This document shows, one piece after another, positions 1-9,662 of a DNA stretch of 64,000 nt. The DNA comes from a bacterium (GTDB lineage: Bacteria; UBA8248). The DNA lies in contig CBDBBI010000010.1 in NCBI GenBank assembly GCA_965202625.1, forward strand, positions 1,984,001 through 2,048,000. The letters run 5' to 3'. The notes beneath the pieces were generated by a model, which ran no database searches, was not told where the DNA came from, and saw nothing but the letters and a program-made list of their open reading frames with translations. Within the stretch, counting starts at the first letter, position 1. Every line of letters starts with the position of its first letter. The position numbers and the translations under genes are program-made.

Positions 1-1036
1 GCCCCATGGACTTGAGTACATAGCTCGGCTCTAGGCTCGCCGAGGTGCAGGCGGAGCCAGAGGATACGGCCACATCACTCAGCCCCATGATGAGAGATTC
101 GCCCTCCACATAGGGGAAACTCAGGTTGAGGTTGCCCGAGAGCCGCTTAGTCTCATGGCCGTTCACATAAACTTCCTCTAGGCTCTCGAACATGATGGAC
201 TTGAACCTGTCGCGCAAGTTCGTGAGGCGGATGTTTTCCTCATCCATCTCCTGCGCGCACAGCTCGGCCGCTTTGCCGAAGCCAACAATGCCCGAGACGT
301 TCAGCGTGCCAGAGCGCATGCCCCGCTCATGGCCACCGCCGTCGATGATGGCGGAGAGGCGAATGCGCGGCCTGCGCCTGCGCACGTAAATCATGCCTAT
401 ACCCTTGGGCCCATAGATTTTGTGGGCGGTAGCGGAGAGCAGGTCGATGTTCATCTCGTTTACGTCGATGGGAATTTTGCCGTAGCCCTGCGTGGCATCC
501 GTGTGGAAGACGACGCCCCGCTCTCGGCACAACGCTCCGATGTCGGCGATGGGGTTCAGCACGCCAACCTCGTTGTTCGCCGCCATGATGGAGACCAGAA
601 TGGTGTCGTCCCGCAAAGCGGCCTCGACCATCTCCGCCGTCGTGACGCCGTCCTCCGGAGGCTCAATGTAGGTGACGTCGAAACCCCACGTCTCGAGGCG
701 CTTAGCGGAGTCGATGATGGCCTTGTGCTCAATCGCCGAGGTGACAACGTGGTTGCCCCTCTTCTTATACATCTCGGCGACCCCCTTGAGTGCCATGTTG
801 TCCGATTCGGTGGCTCCGCTCGTAAAGATGATCTCGCGCGGGTCGGCACCGATAACTTCGGCGATCTTCTCCCTGGAATCGTCCACGGCTTTCTCCGCCT
901 CCCAGCCAAAGCTGTGGTTGCGGCTCGCCGCGTTACCGAACTTGTCGGTGAAGTAGGGAAGCATCTCCTCAAGAACGCGGGGGTCCATGGGCGTCGTCGC
1001 CTGATAATCCATATAGATGGGGAACTTCAAGCTCAT
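1..1036 (-). CDS. iscS: Cysteine desulfurase IscS (3' end runs off the window)
   Basis: Manual minus-strand translation gives [16 protein letters not shown]...[13 protein letters not shown] and the catalytic [17 protein letters not shown] near base 1. RBS GGAGAG upstream. Absent from the ORF track because there is no stop in the window. Confidence 0.95.
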   Translation of the reverse strand, partial: MSLKFPIYMDYQATTPMDPRVLEEMLPYFTDKFGNAASRNHSFGWEAEKAVDDSREKIAEVIGADPREIIFTSGATESDNMALKGVAEMYKKRGNHVVTSAIEHKAIIDSAKRLETWGFDVTYIEPPEDGVTTAEMVEAALRDDTILVSIMAANNEVGVLNPIADIGALCRERGVVFHTDATQGYGKIPIDVNEMNIDLLSATAHKIYGPKGIGMIYVRRRRPRIRLSAIIDGGGHERGMRSGTLNVSGIVGFGKAAELCAQEMDEENIRLTNLRDRFKSIMFESLEEVYVNGHETKRLSGNLNLSFPYVEGESLIMGLSDVAVSSGSACTSASLEPSYVLKSMG

Positions 1037-1044
1037 ATAATCTC

Positions 1045-1227
1045 TCCTGCCGGCGCACCCACCATGAGGGTTCATGTCCTCAAGCGCGTCGGTCGCCTTT
1101 TTCTGAATCCTTTACGTGGAATAAAAGACGGCGCGTTTTTCGAATTTCTCACCCTTCGCGGCACCCTCCCGCCCAGCGAGACGGGCCAGCACCATCAAAC
1201 CTTAATCCGCGCGCTTGGTGATCGCAT
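1045..1227 (-). pseudogene. iscR: Degraded Rrf2/IscR-family regulator
   Basis: Minus strand reads ATG (frameshift) ITKRAD*GLMVLARLAG...[14 protein letters not shown]. These match the Rrf2 N- and C-terminal segments, with TAA at the conserved Tyr and the middle deleted. Lies directly upstream of iscS. Confidence 0.7.
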
Positions 1228-1280
1228 CTGCTTGCCGGCCGCCAGTCCCTCGGGAGATGGTGGCACCACCCGCCAAACAA

Positions 1281-1303
1281 ATACGACCAAAATGGTCGCG
1301 AAT
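1281..1303. promoter_or_regulatory. Putative Rrf2/IscR-type operator
   Basis: Palindrome CGACCA-AAA-TGGTCG (1284-1298) upstream of the iscR remnant and iscS. Confidence 0.55.
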
Positions 1304-1402
1304 ACATCTATACGCAGATATACGCCCCAAACGGACTTCTGTCAAACATCACAAACGCAAAACAAAAGCCTGGGGGGAACGCGGGAGTCAAGCGCGCCTC
1401 AC

Positions 1403-2575
1403 CTACTTCTCCACTTGAACGAGCTTCCAGCCGCCTTTTTTGACCCGAATCAGTACTAGGGAATCGACACTCAGTCCATTGTGGTCGTTCTTGGAGAAAC
1501 TGTAGTTTCCGTTCAGCCCCAGAAAATCTCGCGTCTCCTCTATCGCTGGAGGGATTCTCGCTCGATTGCCGCCCACGCCCCGCACCGCCCACGCCAAAAG
1601 GCGCAGCGCGTCGGCCGCCGCCGCCGCCGTCTCTCCCGGCGCGCTTTCGTACTGTTTTTGATACTCGGTGCGAAACGCCATAACGTCCTCTTTGGCGGGG
1701 TGCGACTTGCCCAAAAGATGAGCCGCCGTGAGCCAGGAAGCGGGAAACACCACGTCCTCGGCCGCTCGGCCTCCGCTTTGGGGACCGAACAACTCCGGCG
1801 ACGCGTGTGAAAAATAAAGCGGCATCCTCAAGCTGAGCGCCACGCGCGCGCGCGCCACACCCAGGCGCGAGACGCCGTTCGCCCAGAGCACGAAGCCTCC
1901 GGCGCCACGCACGGAGGAGCGCTTCAGGAAGGGTAGAAAATTGTGCTCGGCCGGCTTGAAGGATTCGTTCAAGAGAATGGACATGCCAAAATCAGGCGCG
2001 AGTGCGGTCATCTGCTCCCGGCCCTCCGTGCCATAGCCATCGGATGAACCCAGAATGGCAGCGCGCCTGATCCCCCTTCTCCTCAGATGGCCTAATATCA
2101 ACCGAGTGGGCAACGAAGCCGGCCTTGCGGTGGAAAACACCCACTTGAGAGTCGGGGCAAGAATCTCCTCGGGAGCGGACAACGAAAAAAGTGGGACTTC
2201 TTCCTCTGCCGCCGCCCGCGCCGAGGCAATAGCAGCGTAATGCTCGACAGGCCCTATCACGGCAACGACCTTATGGGCGCGCGCGAGCTTCCGCACGGCG
2301 GCGGCGGCGGCCTTCGGACTTCCCTTCGTGTCAAGGGTGAGGAGGAACACGCGCTCGCCAGCGACGCCCCTTCGGTTGACCCGCGCCCTTTCGAGCAAAA
2401 GCGCGTTGCGCGCCTCCGCGCCTGCGGCCCCGCCCGCTCCCGATAGATTCAACACCAAGCCGACGGCGACTCTTCCCGAGGGTGCCGCCTGCGCCGCTTG
2501 CGCCCCAACGCACCAACAAACCATCAGCACCGCCATCCATCTCACGCGCCATTCGCTTTTGATTAGAACGTTCAT
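1403..2575 (-). CDS. Branched-chain amino acid ABC-type substrate-binding protein (LivK-like), orphan
   Basis: Signal peptide (AQAAQA), LDTKGSP, AVIGP, DGYG and GLNGNYSFSKNDHNGL motifs. Confidence 0.85.
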   Translation of the reverse strand: MNVLIKSEWRVRWMAVLMVCWCVGAQAAQAAPSGRVAVGLVLNLSGAGGAAGAEARNALLLERARVNRRGVAGERVFLLTLDTKGSPKAAAAAVRKLARAHKVVAVIGPVEHYAAIASARAAAEEEVPLFSLSAPEEILAPTLKWVFSTARPASLPTRLILGHLRRRGIRRAAILGSSDGYGTEGREQMTALAPDFGMSILLNESFKPAEHNFLPFLKRSSVRGAGGFVLWANGVSRLGVARARVALSLRMPLYFSHASPELFGPQSGGRAAEDVVFPASWLTAAHLLGKSHPAKEDVMAFRTEYQKQYESAPGETAAAAADALRLLAWAVRGVGGNRARIPPAIEETRDFLGLNGNYSFSKNDHNGLSVDSLVLIRVKKGGWKLVQVEK

Positions 2576-2656
2576 GTTCTATGATCCAGCCCTGGAGCGG
2601 AGAGCGACATTGGGGGCGGACGCCCCATACCCGCTAGATAACGGCTGATCTGCTAC

Positions 2657-3886
2657 ATGTCAAACAAACCGAAACACAAACCAGCGAACCCGCGAATCGT
2701 CCGGCCAGAGCCAAGACGATTCCGGAGGCGCATTCTTGAGTGGTATGACCGAGAAAAAAGGGCGCTACCCTGGCGCGGGGAGAAAGACCCATACCGAATC
2801 TGGGTCTCGGAGACGATGCTTCAGCAAACCCGGGCGAATGTCGTCCAGCGTCGCTACCCCGCCTTCATGGAGCGATTTCCCACCCTGGCCATCCTAGCGG
2901 ACGCGCCTCTTGATTCGGTTTTAGCCGAATGGCAAGGACTCGGCTATTACGGCCGCGCGAGAAACCTGCACCGCGCCGCCCGGGAGGTTATGGGCCGAGG
3001 CGAGGGCGCGTTGCCGAAAACGCGCGATGCGTTGTTGGCCCTGCCGGGGATAGGTCCCTACATGGCGGGGGCAATCGCCAGCATCGCCTTCGGGGAACCC
3101 CACCCGGCGGTTGACGCGAACGCGCTGCGAATCATGAGCCGCGTCCTCAACCTCTCGATTCCCGTCAATTCTCCGCCCGGCCTACGGATCATCACCGATG
3201 CAACGCAAGTACTGATTCCATCGTCAAGACCCGGCGACTTCAACCAGGCGTTAATGGAGCTGGGCGCTCAAATCTGCGCGCCAAGAAAACCCCGTTGCAC
3301 GCGATGCCCCATAAGCGAGTTGTGCGCGGGACAGGAGGCGGGAACCCAAGGCGCTCTGCCAGTGAAGACCAAGAAAAAACCGCCCACTCCGGTCACTATC
3401 TTTCAGTTCTGGGCGCGGCGGAAAGGCCGGATTCTTTTGACACAAAGGGAGAAAAACGGCCTTTTCGGCGGCATGTGGGAGCTGCCCGGCTTCATGGAGG
3501 ATGGACGCTGTGAGCGCATAGACCCACGACGCCTGGACGAGGAGTGCGCGAAGGTGCTCGGACGGGGCTGGCGACCCGGGCGCGAGCTCGCCCAAATCCA
3601 GAGAACGCTCACGCACAGAAAAATTTTGTTCGTCGTGCTCTTAGTGGAAATTTCCGATGAAAAAACGCTGGAGACGAGTCGGGACGGCTTCATCTGGGCG
3701 TCGGAGGAAGATATGGACATCCTAGCCATTTCCTCCGCCCAGCGGGCCGCATGGCGCGCGGCCAAACGCGCGCTTTCCCACGCGGAGGAGAAAGCGGGCG
3801 GGCGCTATAGGGGAGACGCCGCCGCTCTTTGTTGCTTACCTCCGACGCCCCCTCAGGACGCTCCGCCGAAACGCTCTTTCAAATAA
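2657..3886 (+). CDS. mutY: A/G-specific adenine glycosylase
   Basis: WVSETMLQQT, WQGLGYYGRARNLH, HhH LPGIGPY, Fe-S motif CAPRKPRCTRCPISELC, C-terminal NUDIX-like domain. Confidence 0.93.
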   Translation: MSNKPKHKPANPRIVRPEPRRFRRRILEWYDREKRALPWRGEKDPYRIWVSETMLQQTRANVVQRRYPAFMERFPTLAILADAPLDSVLAEWQGLGYYGRARNLHRAAREVMGRGEGALPKTRDALLALPGIGPYMAGAIASIAFGEPHPAVDANALRIMSRVLNLSIPVNSPPGLRIITDATQVLIPSSRPGDFNQALMELGAQICAPRKPRCTRCPISELCAGQEAGTQGALPVKTKKKPPTPVTIFQFWARRKGRILLTQREKNGLFGGMWELPGFMEDGRCERIDPRRLDEECAKVLGRGWRPGRELAQIQRTLTHRKILFVVLLVEISDEKTLETSRDGFIWASEEDMDILAISSAQRAAWRAAKRALSHAEEKAGGRYRGDAAALCCLPPTPPQDAPPKRSFK

Positions 3887-4761
3887 TCCTCAAGCGCTCT
3901 CGGCTTGAAACCAAAGGTCTCTTTTAGGGGAGCGGGGTCGCAGACGTTGTCCTCCTCCAGCATCGTGATTTGATCCTCGGTGAAGGGGGGCTTCATCGGA
4001 AGCAGGTTGAACGCCTTGGCTTGCAAGCGTGCGATGGGCATGGGCAGGCGCAAGAACATCCTCTTCTTGCCCATCGCCGCCGCCAGCATAGCGAGAATGT
4101 CTTTGAGCGCATACGCGGTGTCTCCGCCCACGTTGTAGGTGCGCCCGACGGTATTCGGCATATGTAGACACTCCATGAAACAGCGGCACACATCCTCCAC
4201 CCAAATAGGCTGGAGCTTTCCCTTTCCCGAGCCGATGAGGGGAAGGACGGGCGCGAGGCGCGCGATGTCGGCGAAGGTGTTCAGGAATTCGTCGTTCTCG
4301 CCGAAAACGATGGAGGGCCTAAATATCGTCCAATCCAAATCGCTTTCACGGACAAACTGCTCGGCCGCGAATTTCGTTTTATGATAGCGGGAGACGGCAT
4401 TCTCCTTCGTTCCCAGGGCACTCATGTGCGCGAAGCGCCGCACCCCCGCCTGCTCGGCGGCGGCGACCATGCGGCGCGTGCCCTCCACATGAACGGCCCC
4501 AAAGCCTGGCGTTCCCTTCTCGATGATGATGCCCACCAAATGGATGACGGCGTCTTGCTTCTTCATCAACTCGGCAAGCTGATCGACCGAATACGTTGTG
4601 ACGTCCCCCCGCACAGGATAGACGCCGCTCATGGAGGTGAGTCGCTGCCTCGCCGGCTCCGGGTCTCGGGAGAGCAACCTGATCTCATGGCCCGCCAACG
4701 AGAGATGGGAGAGGAGAGAGCTTCCAACATACCCCGTTCCGCCCGTCAGAAAAACTTTCAT
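3853..4761 (-). CDS. NAD-dependent epimerase/dehydratase (NDUFA9-like atypical SDR)
   Basis: TGGTGYVG, HMSALG, YHKTK, RPSIVFG, QPIWVEDV. Confidence 0.88.
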   Translation of the reverse strand: MKVFLTGGTGYVGSSLLSHLSLAGHEIRLLSRDPEPARQRLTSMSGVYPVRGDVTTYSVDQLAELMKKQDAVIHLVGIIIEKGTPGFGAVHVEGTRRMVAAAEQAGVRRFAHMSALGTKENAVSRYHKTKFAAEQFVRESDLDWTIFRPSIVFGENDEFLNTFADIARLAPVLPLIGSGKGKLQPIWVEDVCRCFMECLHMPNTVGRTYNVGGDTAYALKDILAMLAAAMGKKRMFLRLPMPIARLQAKAFNLLPMKPPFTEDQITMLEEDNVCDPAPLKETFGFKPRALEDYLKERFGGAS

Positions 4762-4795
4762 TGCTCAGCCTCCTCCAAGAAACGGGACGATTCGT

Positions 4796-6067
4796 TCAGC
4801 CCGCGCCACCGATGCGCGCGACGGCACCCACCGGAGGTTCGCTCTTCATCACCTCACGCAAGACCTCGCTCGCATACGCTCCGGGAGGCAACGTGAACCC
4901 AATGCGCAACCCCCCGCCTTCCACCTTAAGGCTCACCTCTTTCACCTGCGCACGATACGGACGCCGGGCACCATAAAGCCGCAGCCTCTCGAGTCCATCA
5001 AGAACGCCCGGCGCATCGACGCCCAGAGATTCTAGCACGCTCCGCTCCAGTTTTTCCGCCCCCGCGCGCGCTTCGAGCATTTTTCGGCCAAGGAGAGGTC
5101 CAGCCGGACTTACCTCAAAACGAGACAAGGCGCCGTTTTCCCCATCAGGCGCGCCCACTCTTCTGACCTTGCTCGTTTCGTGATGAAAAAGCACATCGCC
5201 CGCCCAGACGCGGTCGTGGGCACACACCTCAAGCCTCCTCGCTAGGCACGAGTTAAAAACGGCCGCCTGAAACGCGCCGCCATACAAAGTCCTCTCCCTG
5301 GGAGGAATGGAAGCTACCGCCTGCTCCGGTGAGGCGCCCTTCTCCAGGCGAGAGAGAGCGCGCCACTCCGCCATCCAAGAGGCGGGATACAATCGCCTCG
5401 CCCGTCCAAATTCGCCCGCCTCATACCTGCGAGCCGCCTCCAGCAGACGCTCGTCGGCGTCGTTTCGCGCGGAGGAGAATCGAGCGGTGCCCAATAGCGC
5501 GCACAAAGCACCCCTCCAATCTCCCTTCGCAAGCGCAAAGCCGATGCGCGCCGTATGGCCATGAACGCCGAATCTCTGATCGCCATACGCATTGGGAAGC
5601 CCCCGCGCGGCGAGACAATCCAAAACCGCGCGTGCCTTTCTCTCCGCCCCCGGCACGACTTCTCGAACGAATATCTCGAACCGATTGCCCAAAAGCGCGC
5701 TTCGTCTGATTTTTGTCCGACTCCACGTTTTCTCCAAAACCCGGACGCCGCCCGCATCCTCCGCCCTCAATATGGCCTCCGAAACCCCCCGTTCTCTTGT
5801 CCTGAAGGAGAACCACTGCCTCGCCACCGCATTGGCGTCCTTAAGTCCCGCGTAGCCCGCCTCCGCCTCCGTAAGGTTTAGCGAGCGACACAAGGCGCGC
5901 ATCGCCTCAATGGTCGAGATTCCCCGCTTCTCCACCCACAAATACAGATGCTCCCCATCCCCGCTTGGACACACGAGGGGTATTTCCTCCACGCGAAAAT
6001 CCTCGAATCTCACACGCAGACGCCCACCGGCACCGGCAACAGGATCCGTGAGATACGCTCCCCCCAT
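4796..6067 (-). CDS. truD: tRNA pseudouridine(13) synthase
   Basis: EDFRVEE, YAGLKDANAVARQW, GNRFEI, PNAYGDQRFG, FTLPPGAYASEVLRE. Confidence 0.92.
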   Translation of the reverse strand: MGGAYLTDPVAGAGGRLRVRFEDFRVEEIPLVCPSGDGEHLYLWVEKRGISTIEAMRALCRSLNLTEAEAGYAGLKDANAVARQWFSFRTRERGVSEAILRAEDAGGVRVLEKTWSRTKIRRSALLGNRFEIFVREVVPGAERKARAVLDCLAARGLPNAYGDQRFGVHGHTARIGFALAKGDWRGALCALLGTARFSSARNDADERLLEAARRYEAGEFGRARRLYPASWMAEWRALSRLEKGASPEQAVASIPPRERTLYGGAFQAAVFNSCLARRLEVCAHDRVWAGDVLFHHETSKVRRVGAPDGENGALSRFEVSPAGPLLGRKMLEARAGAEKLERSVLESLGVDAPGVLDGLERLRLYGARRPYRAQVKEVSLKVEGGGLRIGFTLPPGAYASEVLREVMKSEPPVGAVARIGGAG

Positions 6068-6176
6068 TCTCTCTCCCTCGCCGATCCCGCTACGCCAAAT
6101 CGCCCAATTAACGCTATACTCCTGTTTCTCATCGCGCGGGATCGACTCTCGGTCCTCTCTCTCACAGGGAATACTC

Positions 6177-6695
6177 ATGTCCAGCCTTCTCGACAAGACC
6201 ACTTTCGTTCTTCTGGCCATGGCGGTGGGGCTGGCGTTGCTGGCGTATCAGAAAACCGGAGAGCTGCCCCTGGGCGCGGCGGGCCGGGCGGGAAGCCTGA
6301 TCGTGAGCATCCTTCCCAAAATCGTGGTCGGCATGTTCATCGGCGCGCTCATGGCTGAAGTCCTTCCGCAGGAAATTCTGCAAAACTGGTTCTCCGATCG
6401 CTCGGGCTGGCGCGGCATTCTCATCGGCTGGGCGGCGGGGTGCATGCTGCCCGTGGGCGCGCCCTTCGTTTTGTATCCGATTGTAGCCGGGCTACTTCAG
6501 GGAGGAGCGGGTTTTGGGCCGATGGTGACGCTGCTCACGGCGTCAGCGCTGATCGGCCCGGTGCGCACCTTCGTGTATGAAATTCCCCTGATTGGAACGG
6601 AGTTTTTCCTGTTCCGGATTCTCGCCGTCTTCTGGGTTCCGCCCGTGGCGGGTGTGCTCTCGCAACTGGTCGTGCGGGTTCTGCGAGGAGGGTGA
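6177..6695 (+). CDS. Small permease (DUF318/ArsP-like membrane protein)
   Basis: Several hydrophobic helices with the SGWRGILIGWAAG and PFVLYPIVAGLLQGGAG patterns. Confidence 0.65.
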   Translation: MSSLLDKTTFVLLAMAVGLALLAYQKTGELPLGAAGRAGSLIVSILPKIVVGMFIGALMAEVLPQEILQNWFSDRSGWRGILIGWAAGCMLPVGAPFVLYPIVAGLLQGGAGFGPMVTLLTASALIGPVRTFVYEIPLIGTEFFLFRILAVFWVPPVAGVLSQLVVRVLRGG

Positions 6696-6796
6696 GACGC
6701 GCCGCGCAAAACCCAAAAACGCGCGCCTGGTCCTCGGGCGGGAAGCCCTCATCCCCATCAACCACGCAGCGAGCCATCGCTCGCTCGGCGCGGACT

Positions 6797-7696
6797 CTAC
6801 CCGCCTCGCCTAGGCATCCCTATGGGCAAATCCTCCCTGTCGCCCCATTCTTTCCAGGAGCCGAGATAGTTTCTAATTCTCGGATAGCCGAGCAGGCGAT
6901 AGACGAGATAGGCGTGCGCCGATCGATAGCCGCCCTGACACAGCGACACCATCTCCTTGTCGGGCGTCAGCCCCATGGATTCGAGCATTGCAGTCAACTC
7001 AGGCGCCGACCTGAGCGAACCGTCGCTCGCAAGGGCGCTCGTCCACTCGAGGTGAATCGAACCCGGAACGGCACCACCGCGCGCGGCGCGGACGTTCTCG
7101 GCGAAATACTCGCCCTCCGAGCGCGTGTCGTGAATGTTGACGTCCGAATCCCCAAGACGTTTCAAAACATAATCCACCGTGGCGATGCGGTCCGCCGCAT
7201 ACGGCTTGAGACGGCTTGCGAACGAGGTTCTCAGAATACGTTTATGGCCTTGGGCGGTCGCCTCGTATGGACCACCCGCCATCGGCCACGCCTCGCGCGT
7301 GACAGGCAGGCCCTCGGCCTTCCATGCGTTGAGGCCACCGTCCAAAATACACGCGTCCTCATGGGCCAGATACTCCAGAAACCAAAACCCGCGCGCCGAA
7401 CGAAACCCCGAATTCTCTTGATAGAAAACCACCGTCTTTCCGTAATCAACGCCGCGTATCTCCATGAGATACGCGAGCATCCAGGTGAAGGCGGCCAGCG
7501 GACGAGGACGGGTGTCGTTGAGTGAGATTCCATATAAATCTAGATGCGCGGCGCCTTCAATGTGGCCCGCGCAAAACTCCGGCGCCGGGCGGGTATCAAT
7601 GATGACAAGATCATCGCCCTTCCGATCACCGATGCGCTCCTTGAGCTGCGCGGGCGTGAGGACAAGGTCCGGGTTCGCGTAACCCTTCTCGTTCAT
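6797..7696 (-). CDS. Two-domain rhodanese / sulfurtransferase
   Basis: GHIEGA, LDGG, active-site CQGGYRS, NYLGSWKEW. Confidence 0.92.
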   Translation of the reverse strand: MNEKGYANPDLVLTPAQLKERIGDRKGDDLVIIDTRPAPEFCAGHIEGAAHLDLYGISLNDTRPRPLAAFTWMLAYLMEIRGVDYGKTVVFYQENSGFRSARGFWFLEYLAHEDACILDGGLNAWKAEGLPVTREAWPMAGGPYEATAQGHKRILRTSFASRLKPYAADRIATVDYVLKRLGDSDVNIHDTRSEGEYFAENVRAARGGAVPGSIHLEWTSALASDGSLRSAPELTAMLESMGLTPDKEMVSLCQGGYRSAHAYLVYRLLGYPRIRNYLGSWKEWGDREDLPIGMPRRGG

Positions 7697-8175
7697 CGGC
7701 GAAACTCACGCGGACTGAGCGGCTCCAGCCTGTCCGTGATCTCTCTCGTGAAGGGAGACGACTGCAACGAAAGCACGTACACTTTCGCGCTCCCATCGGG
7801 ATTGACGAAGCGATAAATCAGATTGGTGACTTGGTCGTAGTTATACCAGACATGCGTGTTGCGCTGCCCGCCGGCGACCAAAATCAGATGAATCAGCGCA
7901 ATGGCCCCGCCGGGTCGAGTGATGATCTCGACCCGGTCTATCTGGCGGGCAAAGGTTTCCGATTTTCCCGTCGCCAGCGTGATGGTGGCGATCAAATCCA
8001 GGGGGTGCTGCGCCGCCGCAGGCTGAACGGGAGCTATGCGAGGCAAGTCCGGCTGCGCTTCGGGGGCGGGTAGCCGAGGTGGCGTCAGGTTCTGCGCCCC
8101 GGCACCCGAGATGAAAAGAACCGCCAAAAACCCGGAAAGCAGGAGTCGCAAAAGCATTTTTTCTCTCAAAGGCAT
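7693..8175 (-). CDS. Hypothetical exported protein
   Basis: Signal peptide and Pro-rich linker; 4-bp overlap with the rhodanese gene. Confidence 0.6.
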   Translation of the reverse strand: MPLREKMLLRLLLSGFLAVLFISGAGAQNLTPPRLPAPEAQPDLPRIAPVQPAAAQHPLDLIATITLATGKSETFARQIDRVEIITRPGGAIALIHLILVAGGQRNTHVWYNYDQVTNLIYRFVNPDGSAKVYVLSLQSSPFTREITDRLEPLSPREFRR

Positions 8176-8237
8176 ACCCTCTCCTTTTTCAAGAAGTTCC
8201 GTTTGACGCGTTCGCAATTTTTAGCGCGTATCATACC

Positions 8238-9662
8238 TCATTTTTGTGCGTCCGCAGCGCAACGAAAGCCGTACACGGGCAACCGACTGTCGGGAACGTC
8301 GCCTGTTCTGCTCGTGGAGGCTAATGCCCACCATCCATTCACCCAGGAGCCGCCTTTAAGCGTTCGATGCACCTTGCCGTTTCGGGTGACGAGATGGGCG
8401 TCTTTCGGCTTTTTCTTGAACGTGTCCTCCACCCATTCCCAAACGTTTCCGGCCAAATCTTCCACTCCATGGGCACTGGCACCGCCCGGGCGTCTTCCCA
8501 CGGCCTTAGGGCCTCCGGCCTCGGGATTCAGACCAAATACGGCGTTTCTGCCGCGCGCCGTGTCCCCCCACGGATATCGCCTCCCCTCTCCGGCGCCCTG
8601 GGCAGCGTATTCCCACTCCGCCTCTGTGGGCAAACGCTTTCCCGCCCACGCGCAGTAGGCGCGCGCCTCCCACCACGTGATGCCGACCACGGGCAGGTGA
8701 GGGCCGGCAAAGTGTGGCTTGCGCCAAAAAGGGGGTGCCGGTGCATTCGTCGCCCTCATGAACTTCACATACAAAGAATTGGTGACCTCAAACTTATCCA
8801 AACGAAAAGAGCTAACCTGAACGGGATGCCCGCCCGTCGCCTTGAGAAGCGCGCGTCCTTTGGGGCGGCCGCGCTGCCAGCCCTTTTGGGGGGCGACGAA
8901 CTTCACGCCCATTCTAAAACGCCCGCCGGGAACCCGAACCATGTTCTCAAAAGAGGGCTTCCGAATGGGCGACGGCCGTTTTCCGATTCGGTACCTTGGC
9001 TTTCGGGGAGGGGCCGTGCGCTTGGGCAAGTGTTTCTCCCGTTCCGCCACCCGCGTCTCGCCCGGAAGCCGAGGGGCCGGCAAGCCCTTGAGGGCGCGGA
9101 CCCGCAGCTCGTCCTCGATATTGGCGAGCTCTGGCCATCTCTCCTTGTCGAGCGATCCAAGTAACGTCTCCGCGTCCTTCAGCCGCTCGTATCGAAACAG
9201 CAAATACGCGAGCCCGCGCCGGGCGCTCCCATCCTGCGGATAACGCTCGTTCGCCTTGCGAAAAAAGAGAAGCGCCTCATCCGGGCGCTTCGCGTCATAA
9301 AGGGTCCAACCAAGGCCCGTAAGAGCGTGAAGGTGTCTCGGCTCAAGGGCAAGCGCCTCCCGAAACCTCTTCTCGGCGAGATCGTAATTCTCTCGCCGAT
9401 AGGCCCTCTCTCCCCTTTCGCTCAAAACCGAGGCGCGGCTCGATGTCGGCGGAGGGAGAGACTCTGGAGGGCGCGCGGATTGCGCCGAAGGCGGAGCGGG
9501 GATGGAGGCGGCCTGAACCGACTTTCGCTCAGGCACCGCCACCCCCATGGGCGGCTCCACACCAGCGCACCCGAGAACGATGAGCACCAGAGTGAGAGAA
9601 CGCGCCAGCCCTAGAGGAGGCCGGCGCGACGCCACCTCGTTTTTACCTATCCATCCACTCAT
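8238..9662 (-). CDS. Putative lipoprotein with TPR repeats and an FGE-sulfatase (SUMF1) domain
   Basis: Lipobox-like VLGC, TPR helices, EVTN, RLPTEAEWEYAA, LAGNVWEW, GFRC. Confidence 0.88.
   Translation of the reverse strand: MSGWIGKNEVASRRPPLGLARSLTLVLIVLGCAGVEPPMGVAVPERKSVQAASIPAPPSAQSARPPESLPPPTSSRASVLSERGERAYRRENYDLAEKRFREALALEPRHLHALTGLGWTLYDAKRPDEALLFFRKANERYPQDGSARRGLAYLLFRYERLKDAETLLGSLDKERWPELANIEDELRVRALKGLPAPRLPGETRVAEREKHLPKRTAPPRKPRYRIGKRPSPIRKPSFENMVRVPGGRFRMGVKFVAPQKGWQRGRPKGRALLKATGGHPVQVSSFRLDKFEVTNSLYVKFMRATNAPAPPFWRKPHFAGPHLPVVGITWWEARAYCAWAGKRLPTEAEWEYAAQGAGEGRRYPWGDTARGRNAVFGLNPEAGGPKAVGRRPGGASAHGVEDLAGNVWEWVEDTFKKKPKDAHLVTRNGKVHRTLKGGSWVNGWWALASTSRTGDVPDSRLPVYGFRCAADAQK

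Noticed and set aside
329-1459. 376-aa plus-strand ORF
   Set aside because: Antisense shadow of iscS. Long shadow ORFs are common at this GC content (likewise 9794-11182, 22770-23534, 52754-54268).
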